From NCBI GenBank assembly GCA_964252035.1, contig OZ176200.1: a stretch of 64,000 bases of DNA; one strand, given 5' to 3'. This stretch comes from Podarcis erhardii (taxonomy: Eukaryota). The notes beneath the pieces were generated by a model that had not been told where the DNA came from, ran no database searches, and saw nothing but the letters and a program-made list of their open reading frames with translations. How positions within the stretch are numbered: position 1 is the stretch's first letter; the number at the start of each line of letters is the position of its first letter. Below are positions 1 through 11,947 of this stretch, one piece after another. A program made the position numbers and the translations under genes.

Positions 1-171
1 TATTGCCTATACCAAAGTGAGCAGAGAGTTTTGTGTTTGTATCTTGGTTATAGTTTATCACAACCAAGCTAGTTTATCATTGCTATTCTACATTTCTGTT
101 TAATAATAATTGATAATAGTAAATCAAAGCAGCTTACACTGACATTAAAATTATCAACATAAAAACAAATA

Positions 172-397
172 CAGTAGTACCTCGGGTTACATACGCTTCA
201 GGTTACAGACTCCGCTAACCCCAAAATAGTACCTCAGGTTAAGAACTTTGCTTCAGGATGAGAACAGAAATCGTGCTCCGACAGCGTGGCAGCAGCAGGA
301 GGCCCCATTAGCTACAGTGGTGCTTCAGGTTAAGAACAGTTTCAGGTTAAGAATGGACCTCCAGAACGAATTAAGTACTTAACCTGAGGTACCACTG
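172..397. mobile_element. Tc1/mariner (Tigger-type) MITE
   Basis: TIRs cagtagtacctcgggtta / taacctgaggtaccactg, TA on both sides. Confidence 0.8.
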
Positions 398-2009
398 TAT
401 AAGAAGACATGCCCATTAAAACAGTACAGTGACAATAATAAAAGATCACTTTAAAGACATGGGGTTTGATCCAAGCGTACCCTTTTATTCATGGAATCAA
501 GTGTCAGTAACGTCACATTCTGTGCTGTTCTGGAGGGTCCCTCAAATACATTTTCAGGGGTGCACTAGGTTGAAAGTGGAATTTGTGAAAATTGTGCCCC
601 CTACACTACCATTTGTGGGTGCCTTTCCCCAAGTGGAATTCCACTCCAACCTTATGAAGCGAAGTTAGTTTAAAAATATAACCCAAAATAGCATGTATGT
701 CTCTCTGCACTTCCTTAAAAAAAAGTACATTCCTTTTTTTAGTAAGTGTGATATCTCTTTGATTAGGTTACTTAGGAAACCAGTTCCCCTGAAGGAGATG
801 GGACCTCTCATGCTGCTGTTAATGACTTTTGGTCATTTGCTGTGTTTTGTTTTGCTTTGAGGCAGAGTTCCAAAGAGTGTTTTGTTTGAAGTATAATTTC
901 ACTATGATTTTTGTGGAGAATAGAAAGTAAACCAGATTTATTCTTTAACTGCAAGCCACGTACATGACTTTTTCCTGTGAATAAGAACTTGATCGATATG
1001 CACTGGAATAAGAATATTTCTAGTGAACTGCATTAAATTGATGAACATACCCTATGGGGAAATGCTTTTTTGTTTCTGTGTAATTCCATTACTTAATTAT
1101 GGGAAAGCCTGCTATGTTAAAATTACACCGCTCAGGTTTCATGAGAGACTGTTAACACTTGGCTACTTCCCTGCCAGCTTGCATAATAATTAGCTTCATG
1201 TAGAGTAAAATAGTGGGACTTCAAATGAAGTAAATATTGCTGGGCACGAGCAGGATCTGATATCACATTTTATAGGGTCAGTTAGAGGAAAACAGATTGC
1301 TAGTTCTGTTAGAAATCACCGTGATGAGTGCACAACAAATACTCTTATTCTTTATACTGTGCTCGACTTCCCTACATCCACTATTGTGCAGCAAACTGAA
1401 GAAATGTGATTTGTCTTGTCTTCAGTTCAGTATGGTTTTAAATACCATTACTCAGGAGCTACTTCATTCCCAAGTTTGCCTTGTGAAAATACATCTAATG
1501 GTGGAAATGAAGCTGAAGCACATACATCAAGTAATGTTTGAGAGATAAGACTGCTGATTAATGGATCTATGTGACCAGGAGTGACGGATGGATAAGTAAA
1601 TCTTCTCATGAATCACCACTAGGAGACTGTATGTTTGGAATGAAGGGGGGGTGGAGGAAAAAAAATATTTTTCTTTGCATGATGTGATATTAATAACCCT
1701 TCACCCCAGATAGAAATAAGACCGTTGCGTTTTTATTAGTCACAAGCAGGAATTCAAGAACTGTGTGGGATGGATTATAACAGGAGAGAGGATTGGTGAA
1801 CGGTGAGAAAGAGGAAAATTTTTATGACGCAGTTAAAAAATGGCGTCTCACCAAGACAGGCTTGCCGGAGAAAGAAGGACAGGGGGAGGAGAATCAGGAT
1901 CGTTCGAAAGAGAAGGAATGTTGGAACACAAGCTTGTCCTGACAGAGCCTCCTGATTCATTTGATTTATTTGGCAAGCCTGAGAAAAGTAAAGGACAGAC
2001 CGAAGATTA

Positions 2010-3041
2010 CGTATTTTTCCTTCTATAACATGCAGATTTTTTCTCCTAAAAAGGAAGGGGAAATGTCTGTGCGTGTTATTGAGCGAATGTGTGGTCCCTG
2101 GAGCCAAATGGCGCGAGGGGAGGCAAAAAAAATCAGGCAAAAATCAAATCGCGCGTCTCGGAGAAGGGAAACCTGAAAAGAGGAAGCGGCTGCTTTCCTG
2201 CATTCTGCCTCAGGGTCTTACTGCCCACCCACCTCTGTTTCCTTGCTGTGTTTGCTTAAACGGAACAAAGAGCAGGGAAAGCCCCTCCCCTCCAGGCAAG
2301 CAGAGGGGAACGTGCTGCTGAAAACATGCAGGAGGGAGAGAGAGAGAGAGAGCGTGCGTGCGAGCTGGCTGGCTTGGGTGGGTAGGTGAGGGAAAACTTT
2401 TGCCTTCCTTTCCTCCCTCCCGTTATACCCCTCTCCTGCATTCTTAGCCAGCTGCTTCTCTGCACACCCCTCTCGTGCTCCTTGTCAGTTCTGTGTTTTT
2501 CCTTCCCTCCCCACTTAGAATGTGGTTAAAAAGCATGGATCCACATGGATCCTCAGGATCTTTGCATTGGGTCACCCCAAATTCACCATCAGATCACATA
2601 GCATGTCCATGGCTACAGCCTGCCCCCCCAAAATCACGCACCCACTGTTGCCTGGGGCTGCAATGGTGCAAAAACGTGGTTACAAAACATGGATCCACAT
2701 GGATCCTCAGGATCTTTGCATTGGGTCAGCCCAAATTCACCATCAGAGCACATAGCATGTCCATGGCTACAGCCTGCCCCCCAAAAATCATGCACCCACT
2801 GTTGCCTGGGGCTGCAATGGTGCAAAAATGTGGTTACAATGCATGGATCCACAGGGATTCTCAGGATTTTTGCATTGGGTCACCCCAAATTCACCATCAG
2901 ATCACATGTCTGTGGCCACAGCATGAAGCACAAAAATGATACATCCACTGTTTCATTCAGAATGTTTTTTCCCTTGTTTTCCTCCTCTAAAAACGATGTG
3001 CGTGTTATGGTCAGGTGCGTGTTATAGAGCGAAAAATACGG
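2010..3041. mobile_element. Non-autonomous Tigger/pogo-like DNA transposon
   Basis: Right TIR ggtgcgtgttatagagcgaaaaatacgg+TA. Degenerate left TIR TA+cgtatttttccttctataacatgca. Sub-terminal tgcgtgttat motif repeated near both ends. Confidence 0.75.
2522..2907. repeat. 154-bp tandem repeat, about 2.5 copies
   Basis: atggatccac recurs at 2535, 2689 and 2843 (period 154) with high identity across units. Confidence 0.92.
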
Positions 3042-3993
3042 TAATTTTTTTTTATGGAAGCGTTGAACAGAGGCTGTCCCTGAGCGATAGGATCTTTGAA
3101 GAGTACAAAACCCACACAGAGGATGCCTGTTTTCAATCTGCTTGTGAAAATTATCAGAGATCGCAAAGAAAGGAATATACAATAACAACAAGAAGAGAAA
3201 GAAAGTAATAAAGGACTATCTGGATTGAACTGGATAGAACTGTCTAATTAAAGCAGTAATATAAGTGATGTTTGGACTCGTTCGGAGTTATGGACTCGTG
3301 CGGAGCTTGATGTATGGGTACCCCCAACAAAATTTAAAATTTGGCTGTATAATTTGGAACTAATGTGATTTGGATAATGTGATGTGATTGGCCTGTTAAT
3401 AAAAATTATTTTTTAAAAAAGAAAATACATCTAATGGGATGGGGTGCATACTAAATTGAGATGAATGAGGCAAACTGGCATGGACATATAGGATGAAATC
3501 TGTCAGAGAGCAAGATTTTTAATTATTTGATGGCCAGTATTGTTCTGTTGAACTGCTGAGTCTTCCTCAATCTGCTGCGTCTGTTGGCTATGTTTAGATG
3601 ACACAGTTAACTTGTTTACTGGGATTGGAACAAGCCTTAGGCTTTGGCTCTGTGGCCTACCAAGCCCTGAACTGCTGTTAATCTTTATTATGGTTTGTTG
3701 AAATAAGCCAGCTTTAAACTAATTATTTCAAGTTAGCTTGTTTCATACAAACCATAGTTAACCTTGGTTTATTGCGTTTAGACTAAAAGGCAAGGTGAAT
3801 CAAAAGTTTACAAGTGAACATAAATTGGTTTTGTAAACATTTGGCTATTACCAAACCATTCTTTGCATATTGGGAGCCAGCCTTGGGTTTCACCTTGGTT
3901 GACTATTACTTCTGCACTAGTGCTAATGAGGGTTCACATGTGATGCTATACTGTACGTAAGGCAAACAGAAGAATGGATGGAATACATAATTG

Positions 3994-4154
3994 CAGTGCT
4001 TTTTTTCTAAAAAAAATATTTAGGGGAAAACTCTCATATTGAAACTCTCATTTTCCTACTCATATTAAAATATTGCTCCTCAATGAGGCCAAACTTAGAT
4101 TCACAAAATGTTGTGCGGTATGTGTACCCCTGCATACCCCCAGAAAAAGCACTG
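3994..4154. mobile_element. hAT-type MITE
   Basis: TIRs cagtgctttttt(t)ct / agaaaaagcactg. The 8-bp TSD is degenerate (cataattg / cctaaatt). Confidence 0.55.
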
Positions 4155-5312
4155 CCTAAATTGTTTTCTTAGAAAACCCCCCCTCCCTTCCCATTTGTGT
4201 TTTTAAATGTAGTTCTACATATTCTGGTGCAAATATAGGTGTCCTTCCACCCATCCACACACTTTCCCTTTGCTTCTGGCTCTGAAATCCTATCAGATGC
4301 CAGATTACAAAATAAAAAATCTAAACCATGATTACTTTTTATTTAAGAGGGATTAGAGGTCACTTGCATTGCAAAACTGTGTTGCTGGCACCAATACGAA
4401 ACAAAACACAACAACTTGTGCAACAGATTTACTAAATTACAAGTCTCAGTGAGGACTTTTTGTTAAATCTATGGGAGTTGTGGCAAGGGATTGACTCATT
4501 CTGCTTCAGCAAGAAGAGCTCATTGGCTTCATGACATTACATTTCGTTTCAACTCTCCCTGAACCATGTTGAACTTCACTTGGAACATTCCTATGCTTTC
4601 TTTTAATCCTGAAGCTGTAATCAAAGAACATACAAGGAATGAAAAAAGCTTACGAGTGCCTTAATTCAACAACCTAGGCATGTTACAAAAAGAAACAACC
4701 CACAAAGCCGCAATCCTCTGTAAAGGCTAACCTAATCAGTCCTATTCCAAATCTATGCCGTGTATCTCTAGCAGTCCCCGCCCCCCAGGTTCTGTCTCTA
4801 GGCATACCCTTTTCTACGATGAAATATGCACCTCTGCCCTGGGAAAGAAGCATATCACACAGATGATCTGATGAATAGCTATTTGTGCCTTATATTTAAG
4901 CCCTTGCTATCCCTTCTTCATGACTCTTCATATATTAACAAGTGGGCATCTTTTTCAGCACTTCCAGAAAAGAGATACAGAAGATGATATTTTCTAGCAA
5001 GAGGGAATGATTTAAATCAAGATGGTTTAAAATCAGTGATTTGAATGAGCAAGAAAAAGGAGGTTGATTTAAGTCAAGTTTTCTTTTGATACTACTTAAC
5101 ATATTACCTAAAAGATGGTGCAAACTACTAAACTCTGTTAATTTACAGAATATTGCTTACCCTGTTCCATATGTACAACCAAGCCTTGCATCTCTTAGTC
5201 TCAGTATACATTTTACATACTTCCCTCTTTTTCCCTGTAGAGGGAATGTCTCTAAAATGTTCTCATATAGGATCTTTCTTATGAGAAACACCCGTGACAA
5301 TTTGCAAAGTTA

Positions 5313-5393
5313 GCAGCAGAATCCTATTTGCCCAGGAGTAAATCCTATTGAGTTCAGTAGGGCTTTAACTATAAGTGAGTATAGGACTGCAGC
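5313..5393. mobile_element. Short palindromic non-autonomous DNA-transposon-like repeat
   Basis: Ends gcagaatcctat / ataggactgc around a core aatcctattgagttcagtaggg; resembles a common squamate palindromic repeat. Confidence 0.4.
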
Positions 5394-6139
5394 ACAAATA
5401 TGGGGAATAATAGGGACCTGAGCGCTGCACAATTTTGTCTTCCAGTCTTCTTTCCGTTTGCTCCTTTCTGCTTCTCTTGGTCCACATTTAACAAAAATGA
5501 GGTATCCATGATTGATAGGTCAAAGCAGGGGTGATTATTACTAGGCAGACTAGAGCTGTTGATTCTCATCAGATTAAGATGAAATGCCTATATCTGAGTA
5601 ATGATAAGATAGGTTCTTCATTGAGATAGAAAAATCTATCTGGATATATCTGATGGAAGGGGTTGATTCAGTGCATATAAATGAACTGTAGGTCTAACAC
5701 AGCCTTGTGACTATACCCCACCCCCAAGTTACTACTAGCCTGTTAAAAGAAAAGAAAAGGCACAAACCTGCTAGGTGCTGTCCAAAGAGGGATGGAGAGC
5801 GGCATTTCTGCGCTGGGTGCAGAGGAGAGACAAGGTGCTCCATCCTTCCTCCAACAGCCCACTCCTTTCTGTGCATGGAATCCTCGTTGTCAGTGACTAC
5901 AAAGCTACTATCAAGGTTGGCTAATGTGCTTATATCCAAATTAATTTACATTTGATCTCTTTATTATATAAGAAAAACTTAGCAAACCTTGTCAGAAGAA
6001 TCCCTGTGTAGGAGTTTCCACTTGTGCAGTGGGGCTTTCCCCCCACTCTCCTACCCTGTGCCCCTGAAATTACCTTGTGGTGGGGAGTTGGGAGGATCCC
6101 CAGAGTAGGGTGGGTGTGGTGGGTGGGTGGGTGTTGGTA

Positions 6140-6266
6140 TCTGAAGAAGTGTGCATGCACACGAAAGCTCATACCAAGAACTGACTTAGTTGGTCTTTAA
6201 GGTGCTACTGGAAGGAATTTTTTTTGTTTTGACTATGGCAGACCAACACGGCTACCTATCTGTAAC
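6140..6266 (+). mobile_element. Penelope-like retroelement terminal remnant
   Basis: ctgaagaagtgtgcatgcacacgaaagctcatacc...ggtctttaaggtgctactgg...gaccaacacggctacc resembles reptile Penelope-type termini (recognised from memory). Confidence 0.5.
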
Positions 6267-6621
6267 TGGGTGTGGTTTGTTCTGCTTGTGCAGAGAGAAT
6301 GTTCATCACAGTGCAAAATTGAATTCCACCCTCCGTATTTTCAATTACTATTTTTAAAATATCTTAAATCTGATTTTTAGTCCAGCTAACATGCTTATAT
6401 TTGAGAGGAAGCCAATAGAGACATCAAAAGTGGTGAATATGGGATTAATCTCAGTACCAGGTCATATGTCCATCCCCAAGATAGTAACGTCAGCACGTGG
6501 GCCGGTGCGGCTGTAGCATTTCTCCCTGAAATGTGGTTAAAGGAATTGAACTGGGCTACAGTGTTGTGCTCCTCTCCCTTAGAAAGTCAGGTGGCCCTCT
6601 GCCTTCACCATAATGAGAGGA

Positions 6622-6622
<1 letters not shown>

Positions 6623-6671
<49 letters not shown>

Positions 6672-7230
6672 TTATTATTTGTACCCCGCCCATCTGGCTG
6701 GGTTTCCCCAGCCACTCTGGGCGGCTTCCAACAAAGATGAAAAGTGCACTAAAATGTCACATATTAAAAACTTCCCTGAACAGTGCTGCCTTCAGATGTC
6801 TTCTGAATGTCAGGTAGTTGTTTATCGCTTTGACATCTGATGGGAGAGCGTTCCACAGGGCGGGCGCCACTACCGAGAAGGCCCTCTGCCTGGTTCCCTG
6901 TAACTTGGCCTCTCGCAGTGAGGGAACCGCCAGAAGGCCCTCAGAGCTGGACCTCAGTGTCCGGGCAGAACGATGGGGGAGGAGATGCTCCTTCAGGTAT
7001 ACAGGACCGAGGCCGTTTAGGGCTTTAAAGGTCAGCACCAACACTTTGAATTGTGCTCGGAAACGCACTGGGAGCCAATGTAGGTCTTTCAAGACTGGTG
7101 TTATATGGTCTCGGCGGCCGCTCCCAGTCACCAGTCTAGCTGCCGCGTTCTGGATTAGTTGTAGTTTCCGGGTCACCTTCAAAGGTAGCCCCACGTAGAG
7201 CGCATTGCAGTAGTCCAAGCGGGAGTATAA
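6623..7230 (-). mobile_element. 5'-truncated L2-clade LINE with (TTA)16 tail
   Basis: Open frame 6757-7218 gives LDYCNALYVGLP...LQLIQNAAARLV...HITPVL..LHWLPV...AFSVVAPALWNALP, the L2 RT C-terminus. The 3' end leads into the microsatellite at 6623-6670. Confidence 0.93.
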
Positions 7231-7753
7231 CTATTACATTTGAACTGCCCGGTGGTGCCTTGGCTGCTTCATTTCTTTATGTCAAGGGACTTTGTCTGAA
7301 TTTGCCATAGTGTGAAAATCTCCAAAGTTGCCATATCAGAGAGAAATTATTTCTGAAGTGTTGTTTTTTCCCCCTGTCACTTGAGAGCAGTTTCAGATAA
7401 AAGGTTTTAGAACAAGGAGGTCAAGTGTGTGACAGCCTGTTTTCCTCTGCCCTGGAAATATATTTATGAACTTGCACTCAAGTCCCCCCCCCCCCCCCAC
7501 TCCGCAAAACCCATTTTTGGTTTTATTTTAGCTGAAAGAACTTCCTCATCCTCCGGTGCCCTTGAGAGCACATTGAGATAGGCATACAGTATTTGTTTGT
7601 TTCTGAGAGCAGAACATTCATTAGAAGCCGGAGGAGATTGCTTTCCATTCCCCTCTCTCACTGCAACAGACATCCAAATGCCAGGGACACAAGAAGGTTT
7701 TGTTCTAACCCAGAGTGTGAACTTGCACCATGAAGAAAGTGGCTGGGGCTTCT

Positions 7754-7879
7754 CAGTGGCGTAGCGTGGGGGGTGCAAGGGGGGCCGGCCGCTTAGGGTT
7801 AGGGGGCGCAAATCCACGGGTTAGGGGGCGCAAATTACTTGCCTTGCCCCAGGTGCTGACAACCCACGCTACGCCACTG
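7754..7879. mobile_element. hAT MITE, 126 bp
   Basis: Perfect 17-bp TIRs cagtggcgtagcgtggg / cccacgctacgccactg. 8-bp TSD gggcttct / gggattct (7/8). Confidence 0.88.
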
Positions 7880-8939
7880 GGGATTCTTTCTAGCTTTCAA
7901 GTGCCGTGGGTTGAGGTGATCTTCAGCACAGTACATTTACCTGCTTACCTCATAAGCTAGATGCTCTTCTCTACTTAATGCCACAACCCACTACATAGTG
8001 AAGCTTGATTAATTCATTTGATTCCTGAGGGTACTGTCCTGGATTGTGCCTCTTCTGAGTCCTCTTCCAGGCTAGGCACTGTACTCCATGCCAGACCAGC
8101 AGTCACTTCCAGATGCAAGCAATTGCGGAAAGTTAACTTCCTAAATAGTATTTTCTGCAGCCACAAATTCCCCATTTGGTTAGTTTGGGACTCTGCTTTA
8201 AAAGATCTGGACTGCTCTTCTATTTAAGTCAAGCCAGAGGGAACGTAGCATTCTGTAGCATTGGCTGTACTGGATACAAAGACCTGTGAACCTGGTAAAT
8301 CCTTAGAGTTTGGTTTTCCTGTAATGTGGAAGCCTGAATTAGGCAATTCTGACCTTCATAGTTATCAGCAAGAGAGGTTAATTCACAGTTCATTCCCAAT
8401 TTAGCACAGTAATTAGCTGTTTGTAGAACACTATTTGTGTTTGTTTTGGAGTTAAATACACATAGACATAAGCCACACTTTTAAAAATCTGCTGCACCTT
8501 TATAGAGTGAAATTTAAACTTCCTGACTTAATTTACTAAAACATAATGCAAATGTTTGTTTTTTAATTGGTCAATTTTAAAGCAGACAGATGCTTCAAAA
8601 GGAACGATGTAATGAAATTATATCCATTTAACAAAATCTACTGCTTATTATTTGTTTTCCAATTAAGTGTCAATTAAGAAGCAATTTCTGTAGGTGGGAA
8701 GAAGAGGTATAGGCATTGTTTCTAACATTATATAAAGCCCAGAGCTGTAGCTGAAAAAATTGGTCCAGGATCCAGTGGGGCATTTAATCACAGCTCCATC
8801 TGCAACCAAGCGCTTTGAATGGATACTAGCTTTTTGTTAAATGTTAACCCTCATTTAACCCTCTTTAATGTTCTTCTTTAACCAGGCCTTTGACTGATTG
8901 ACATCCACTGCCCTTTTAAAATATAATGGGAGTGCTATT

Positions 8940-9031
8940 GGGTTGTTCTTGTTCTTGTTTTTATTATGTATGTGATTTTATGTTGTGATTTTGTCTTATA
9001 GGCCCTGAGACCTATGGGTATAGGGCAGTAC

Positions 9032-9074
<43 letters not shown>
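8940..9074 (+). repeat. LINE-like 3' stub with (TAA)14 microsatellite
   Basis: T-rich stretch, then gccctgag...gggcagtac, then (TAA)14 at 9033-9074. Same architecture as L2 3' ends. Confidence 0.6.
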
Positions 9075-9076
<2 letters not shown>

Positions 9077-9841
9077 TCATCTTCATCAATATGATGCACT
9101 TTCTCAGTTAAAATTATGAGTACTTCACTCTTGCAACTAAGCATATGATGGCACACATTTTATGATAAAAAGAGGGGGGAAATTAAAGCAAGCTTTTGAT
9201 CAGGTACTAAAGTCCAGTTCAAACACACTCAGCCTTCTGCATGCAATTGAAGCCCCCTCTGTGGACACACTCATGTGAACAATGTAATATGTGACCTGGG
9301 CCATTATCAGATACACCTGTAATCTCCTGACAGAGATTGCCAGTAGTGACACATTTTTTTTTTGACTGCCATAATCACAAGAATTGCCTTTGGTAGCTGT
9401 GCATGAGGGCACAAAGTGGACCTCTGGTAGCTTAATACATTTTAAAATAATTTAATATTGAGATGACCTAAATAAGAATTCTCATTAACACATCCCTAGA
9501 AACAGACTGGATACATCGCATAATTAAGGTGCGGAACTGGTGGGAATACACTCTTAGTTCTAGTATTTAAGTGCACTAATAGAGTTGTGGTATAAAATGT
9601 CTTCAAAATAGTTTGTACTTTAAAAATTGCACTGTTGTTATTTCCTGCCACTGGGTTTCCTTTTATTAATGCTGTTTTTATACTGTTTTAAATGCCATGT
9701 TGGGTTGTTGTTGTTGTTGTTGTTTTGTATATATTATGGTGTTAATTTTTATGGTAAGCACCTGAGAGAACTTTTTGTTGCTGCGCAGTGTCTAAATAAA
9801 ATAGGTAAATAATCAAATGTGCTTTTAAAAATCTCTTGCAG

Positions 9842-10024
9842 CCACCTTGTATACTTCTGGCATCTTGTTTGGCGTCTTCTTGAACAGCAGCGTACCTATT
9901 TTCTTTGAACTTTTTGTGGAAACTGTCTACCCTGTTCCAGAAGGGATTACTTGCGGCGTGACCACTTTCCTAAGCAACATGTTCATGGGAGTTCTTTTAT
10001 TTTTTCTTACTTTCTACAATAAAG
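9842..10024 (+). CDS. SLC49A4: SLC49A4 (DIRC2) penultimate coding exon, MFS lysosomal transporter TM region
   Basis: cttgcag| acceptor, AAG|gtaagg donor, 183 nt, phase 1-1. Encodes [60 protein letters not shown], nearly identical to human SLC49A4 as recalled. Confidence 0.95.
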
Positions 10025-11565
10025 GTAAGGAGTATTTAGATGCTTGTGGAGTATCAATTTGTTAGCACAACGTATTTCAGCTGGGAGTTTTATTTTTGGC
10101 TTCACCAGGAAGAGGAGCTTCATGGAGATTCTTCTGTTAACACTAATGATGTGTATAAATCCCTTAGCATTTGTAGAAGAATAGGCCTCCCTATGTGTTC
10201 GTCTTTATAAGTCTGCCAGTCAAAGATTGAAATCTTCACATAGAATTGTTCCTTTGAAGGCAGGGCAGTGGGATGCCTTTGAGATAAATACTGTGGTGGC
10301 TTAAAAAAAAAAAGGACGACAAAGAACCACGTAATGTTATGACCATTAATAACATACGTAGCTAGGCAGGCTAAAACAGCGATAAAACTAATCCAATCTC
10401 ATGCTTCAGGGTCTAATCTGGTTGTTTCGGGGGGTAAGAAGAAGCATGTGGTTTCTTTTTTGTCTTCCAGACCTAGTCTTTTGACCACACTCACAATTTA
10501 CAGATTGGCAAAAGAGGGGGTATCTCCCCACTTTCCTGTTTTCAGACAAGTTTCGGAAGATCGTATACTGAGGAGGGGAGAGTTGTGGGTTATGTGTCTC
10601 TATAGTGCAGGTGAAGGGAAACTCCTTCAGTTCAAGGTCCCTCCATTTTTGACAGATGGGCAGGGCCACCCACATTTCGATCACCAGGCATCATACACCA
10701 TAATTCTGGTTTCAAGCCAGCGGCAAGCACAATCTAGTCCCGCAACACTAAAAACAGTTGATGGTCACGTGGGCCTGGTTTGTTCAAAATGGCCTGATGG
10801 ATACCTTCCCAGCACAATGCTATAGGGATAAAGGGTTGGCTCAACCTGAAGCCTCTGAGCTTTGCCCCTGTAGAGCACAAAGGGTGTGGAACCATCTGAA
10901 GAATGGTTTCCTTCTGAAACATACCCTCTCATACAACAGAGAAAAAGTCTTTAGCCTAACGTACATCTTCTTGTACATCTCCCATACTTAGGTTGTATGT
11001 GTTTGCAGATGTTTGTTGTATGCATGTACTACATGCTGTTGTTTACATGTTCATGTAAAGTGCCCTGTGTGCACATGTAAATAATGAGCCAGGAATGCAA
11101 TGGCCCTTAGCTATTGGTTGAAAGGATGAATATTTCTGCAACCTCACATATATCAGTCCTTTCCATATTTGATTTTTCTTCAGCTCTTGCTGTTCTTTCA
11201 CAAGAACTGCCATAGAATCATCCTCACCTACAATGCCATGATTCCTTGGAGGGAGAATAGAATACAGACAGATTTTGCTGTTAGTGCTTCCCAGTATACA
11301 CTTCTACTGGATATGCCAGCAGAGCAGACTTACAACCCACATGATGACTGCTACTGGTGCATTGTAATGCCATAAGTTTAGTTTCTTGCTTTGAATTATT
11401 ATTTTTTAAGCGCATTCTTGTTAGCTGACATCATTTTCGCCAGAAAAAAATGGCTTTGACATTTGAAAGCCCCATAAAGACGGTTGCCGTCTTTTAAACA
11501 AATATATAGACCACTTACGGTTGGATAGTTTCCATGTATTAATTTGGCAGTTTGAGGGAGAGGAG

Positions 11566-11947
11566 CATAAGGGAATGTGAGGATACTGGAAACTTTAGTG
11601 ATTTTACTTAGTTGGTGTACATTCTATTGAGAGACAGCACTGCTTCTTCAGAAATATCTCTTTATGTTCTATTAGGCATCACCCACTACTAATATTTTTG
11701 CTATCGATTCCATCAAAAGCTTTACCTTTTACCACATTGAATAGAATGTACACCAACTAAGTAAAATCACTAAAGTTTCCAGTATCCTCACATTCCCTTA
11801 TGATTCCCAGTAACTCACAGGGCTAAAGGTGCAAAACTCTCAATATCATAGACAGCACTGCTTCTTCAGAAATATCTCTTTATGTTCTATTAGGCATCAC
11901 CCATTCTATTGAGAGTTTTGCACCTTTAGCCCTGTGAGTTACTGGGA
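11566..11947. repeat. Compound local duplication/inversion: two inverted pairs and two direct pairs
   Basis: 63-bp perfect inverted pair 11566-11628 / 11740-11802. 41-bp perfect inverted pair 11805-11845 / 11907-11947. 54-bp direct pair 11632-11685 / 11850-11903. 13-bp direct pair attctattgagag at 11621 and 11903. Confidence 0.93.

Larger units (their letters stand above)
1502..3420 (+). mobile_element. Retroposed (L1-mobilised type) insert of unknown family, interrupted by a DNA transposon
   Basis: Perfect 17-bp direct repeat gaaaatacatctaatgg at 1485-1501 and 3421-3437. AATAAA at 3398-3403 and an A-rich tail just before the second copy. Confidence 0.75.

Noticed and set aside
2475-3027. 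Overlapping 77-154 aa ORFs with repeated peptides
   Set aside because: Products of the 154-bp tandem repeat. The period is not a multiple of 3, so the same peptides rotate through frames. Not CRISPR either, since there are no unique spacers.
6531-6840. Poly-N / poly-I ORFs, and similar ORFs at 8935, 47024-47459 and 60913-61284
   Set aside because: Translations of microsatellites.
6818-7198. 126-aa + strand ORF
   Set aside because: Antisense shadow of the L2 RT frame.
1-9841. Search for the preceding SLC49A4 exon (FADFIRGMLKLILLLLFSG...)
   Set aside because: Not found by eye. It is probably upstream of the window, so no call is made.
11632-11690. Reverse strand of segment B has TGATG...CTGA, suggesting a C/D snoRNA
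   Set aside because: Box C is incomplete (TGATGC), there is no terminal stem, and spacing is short.
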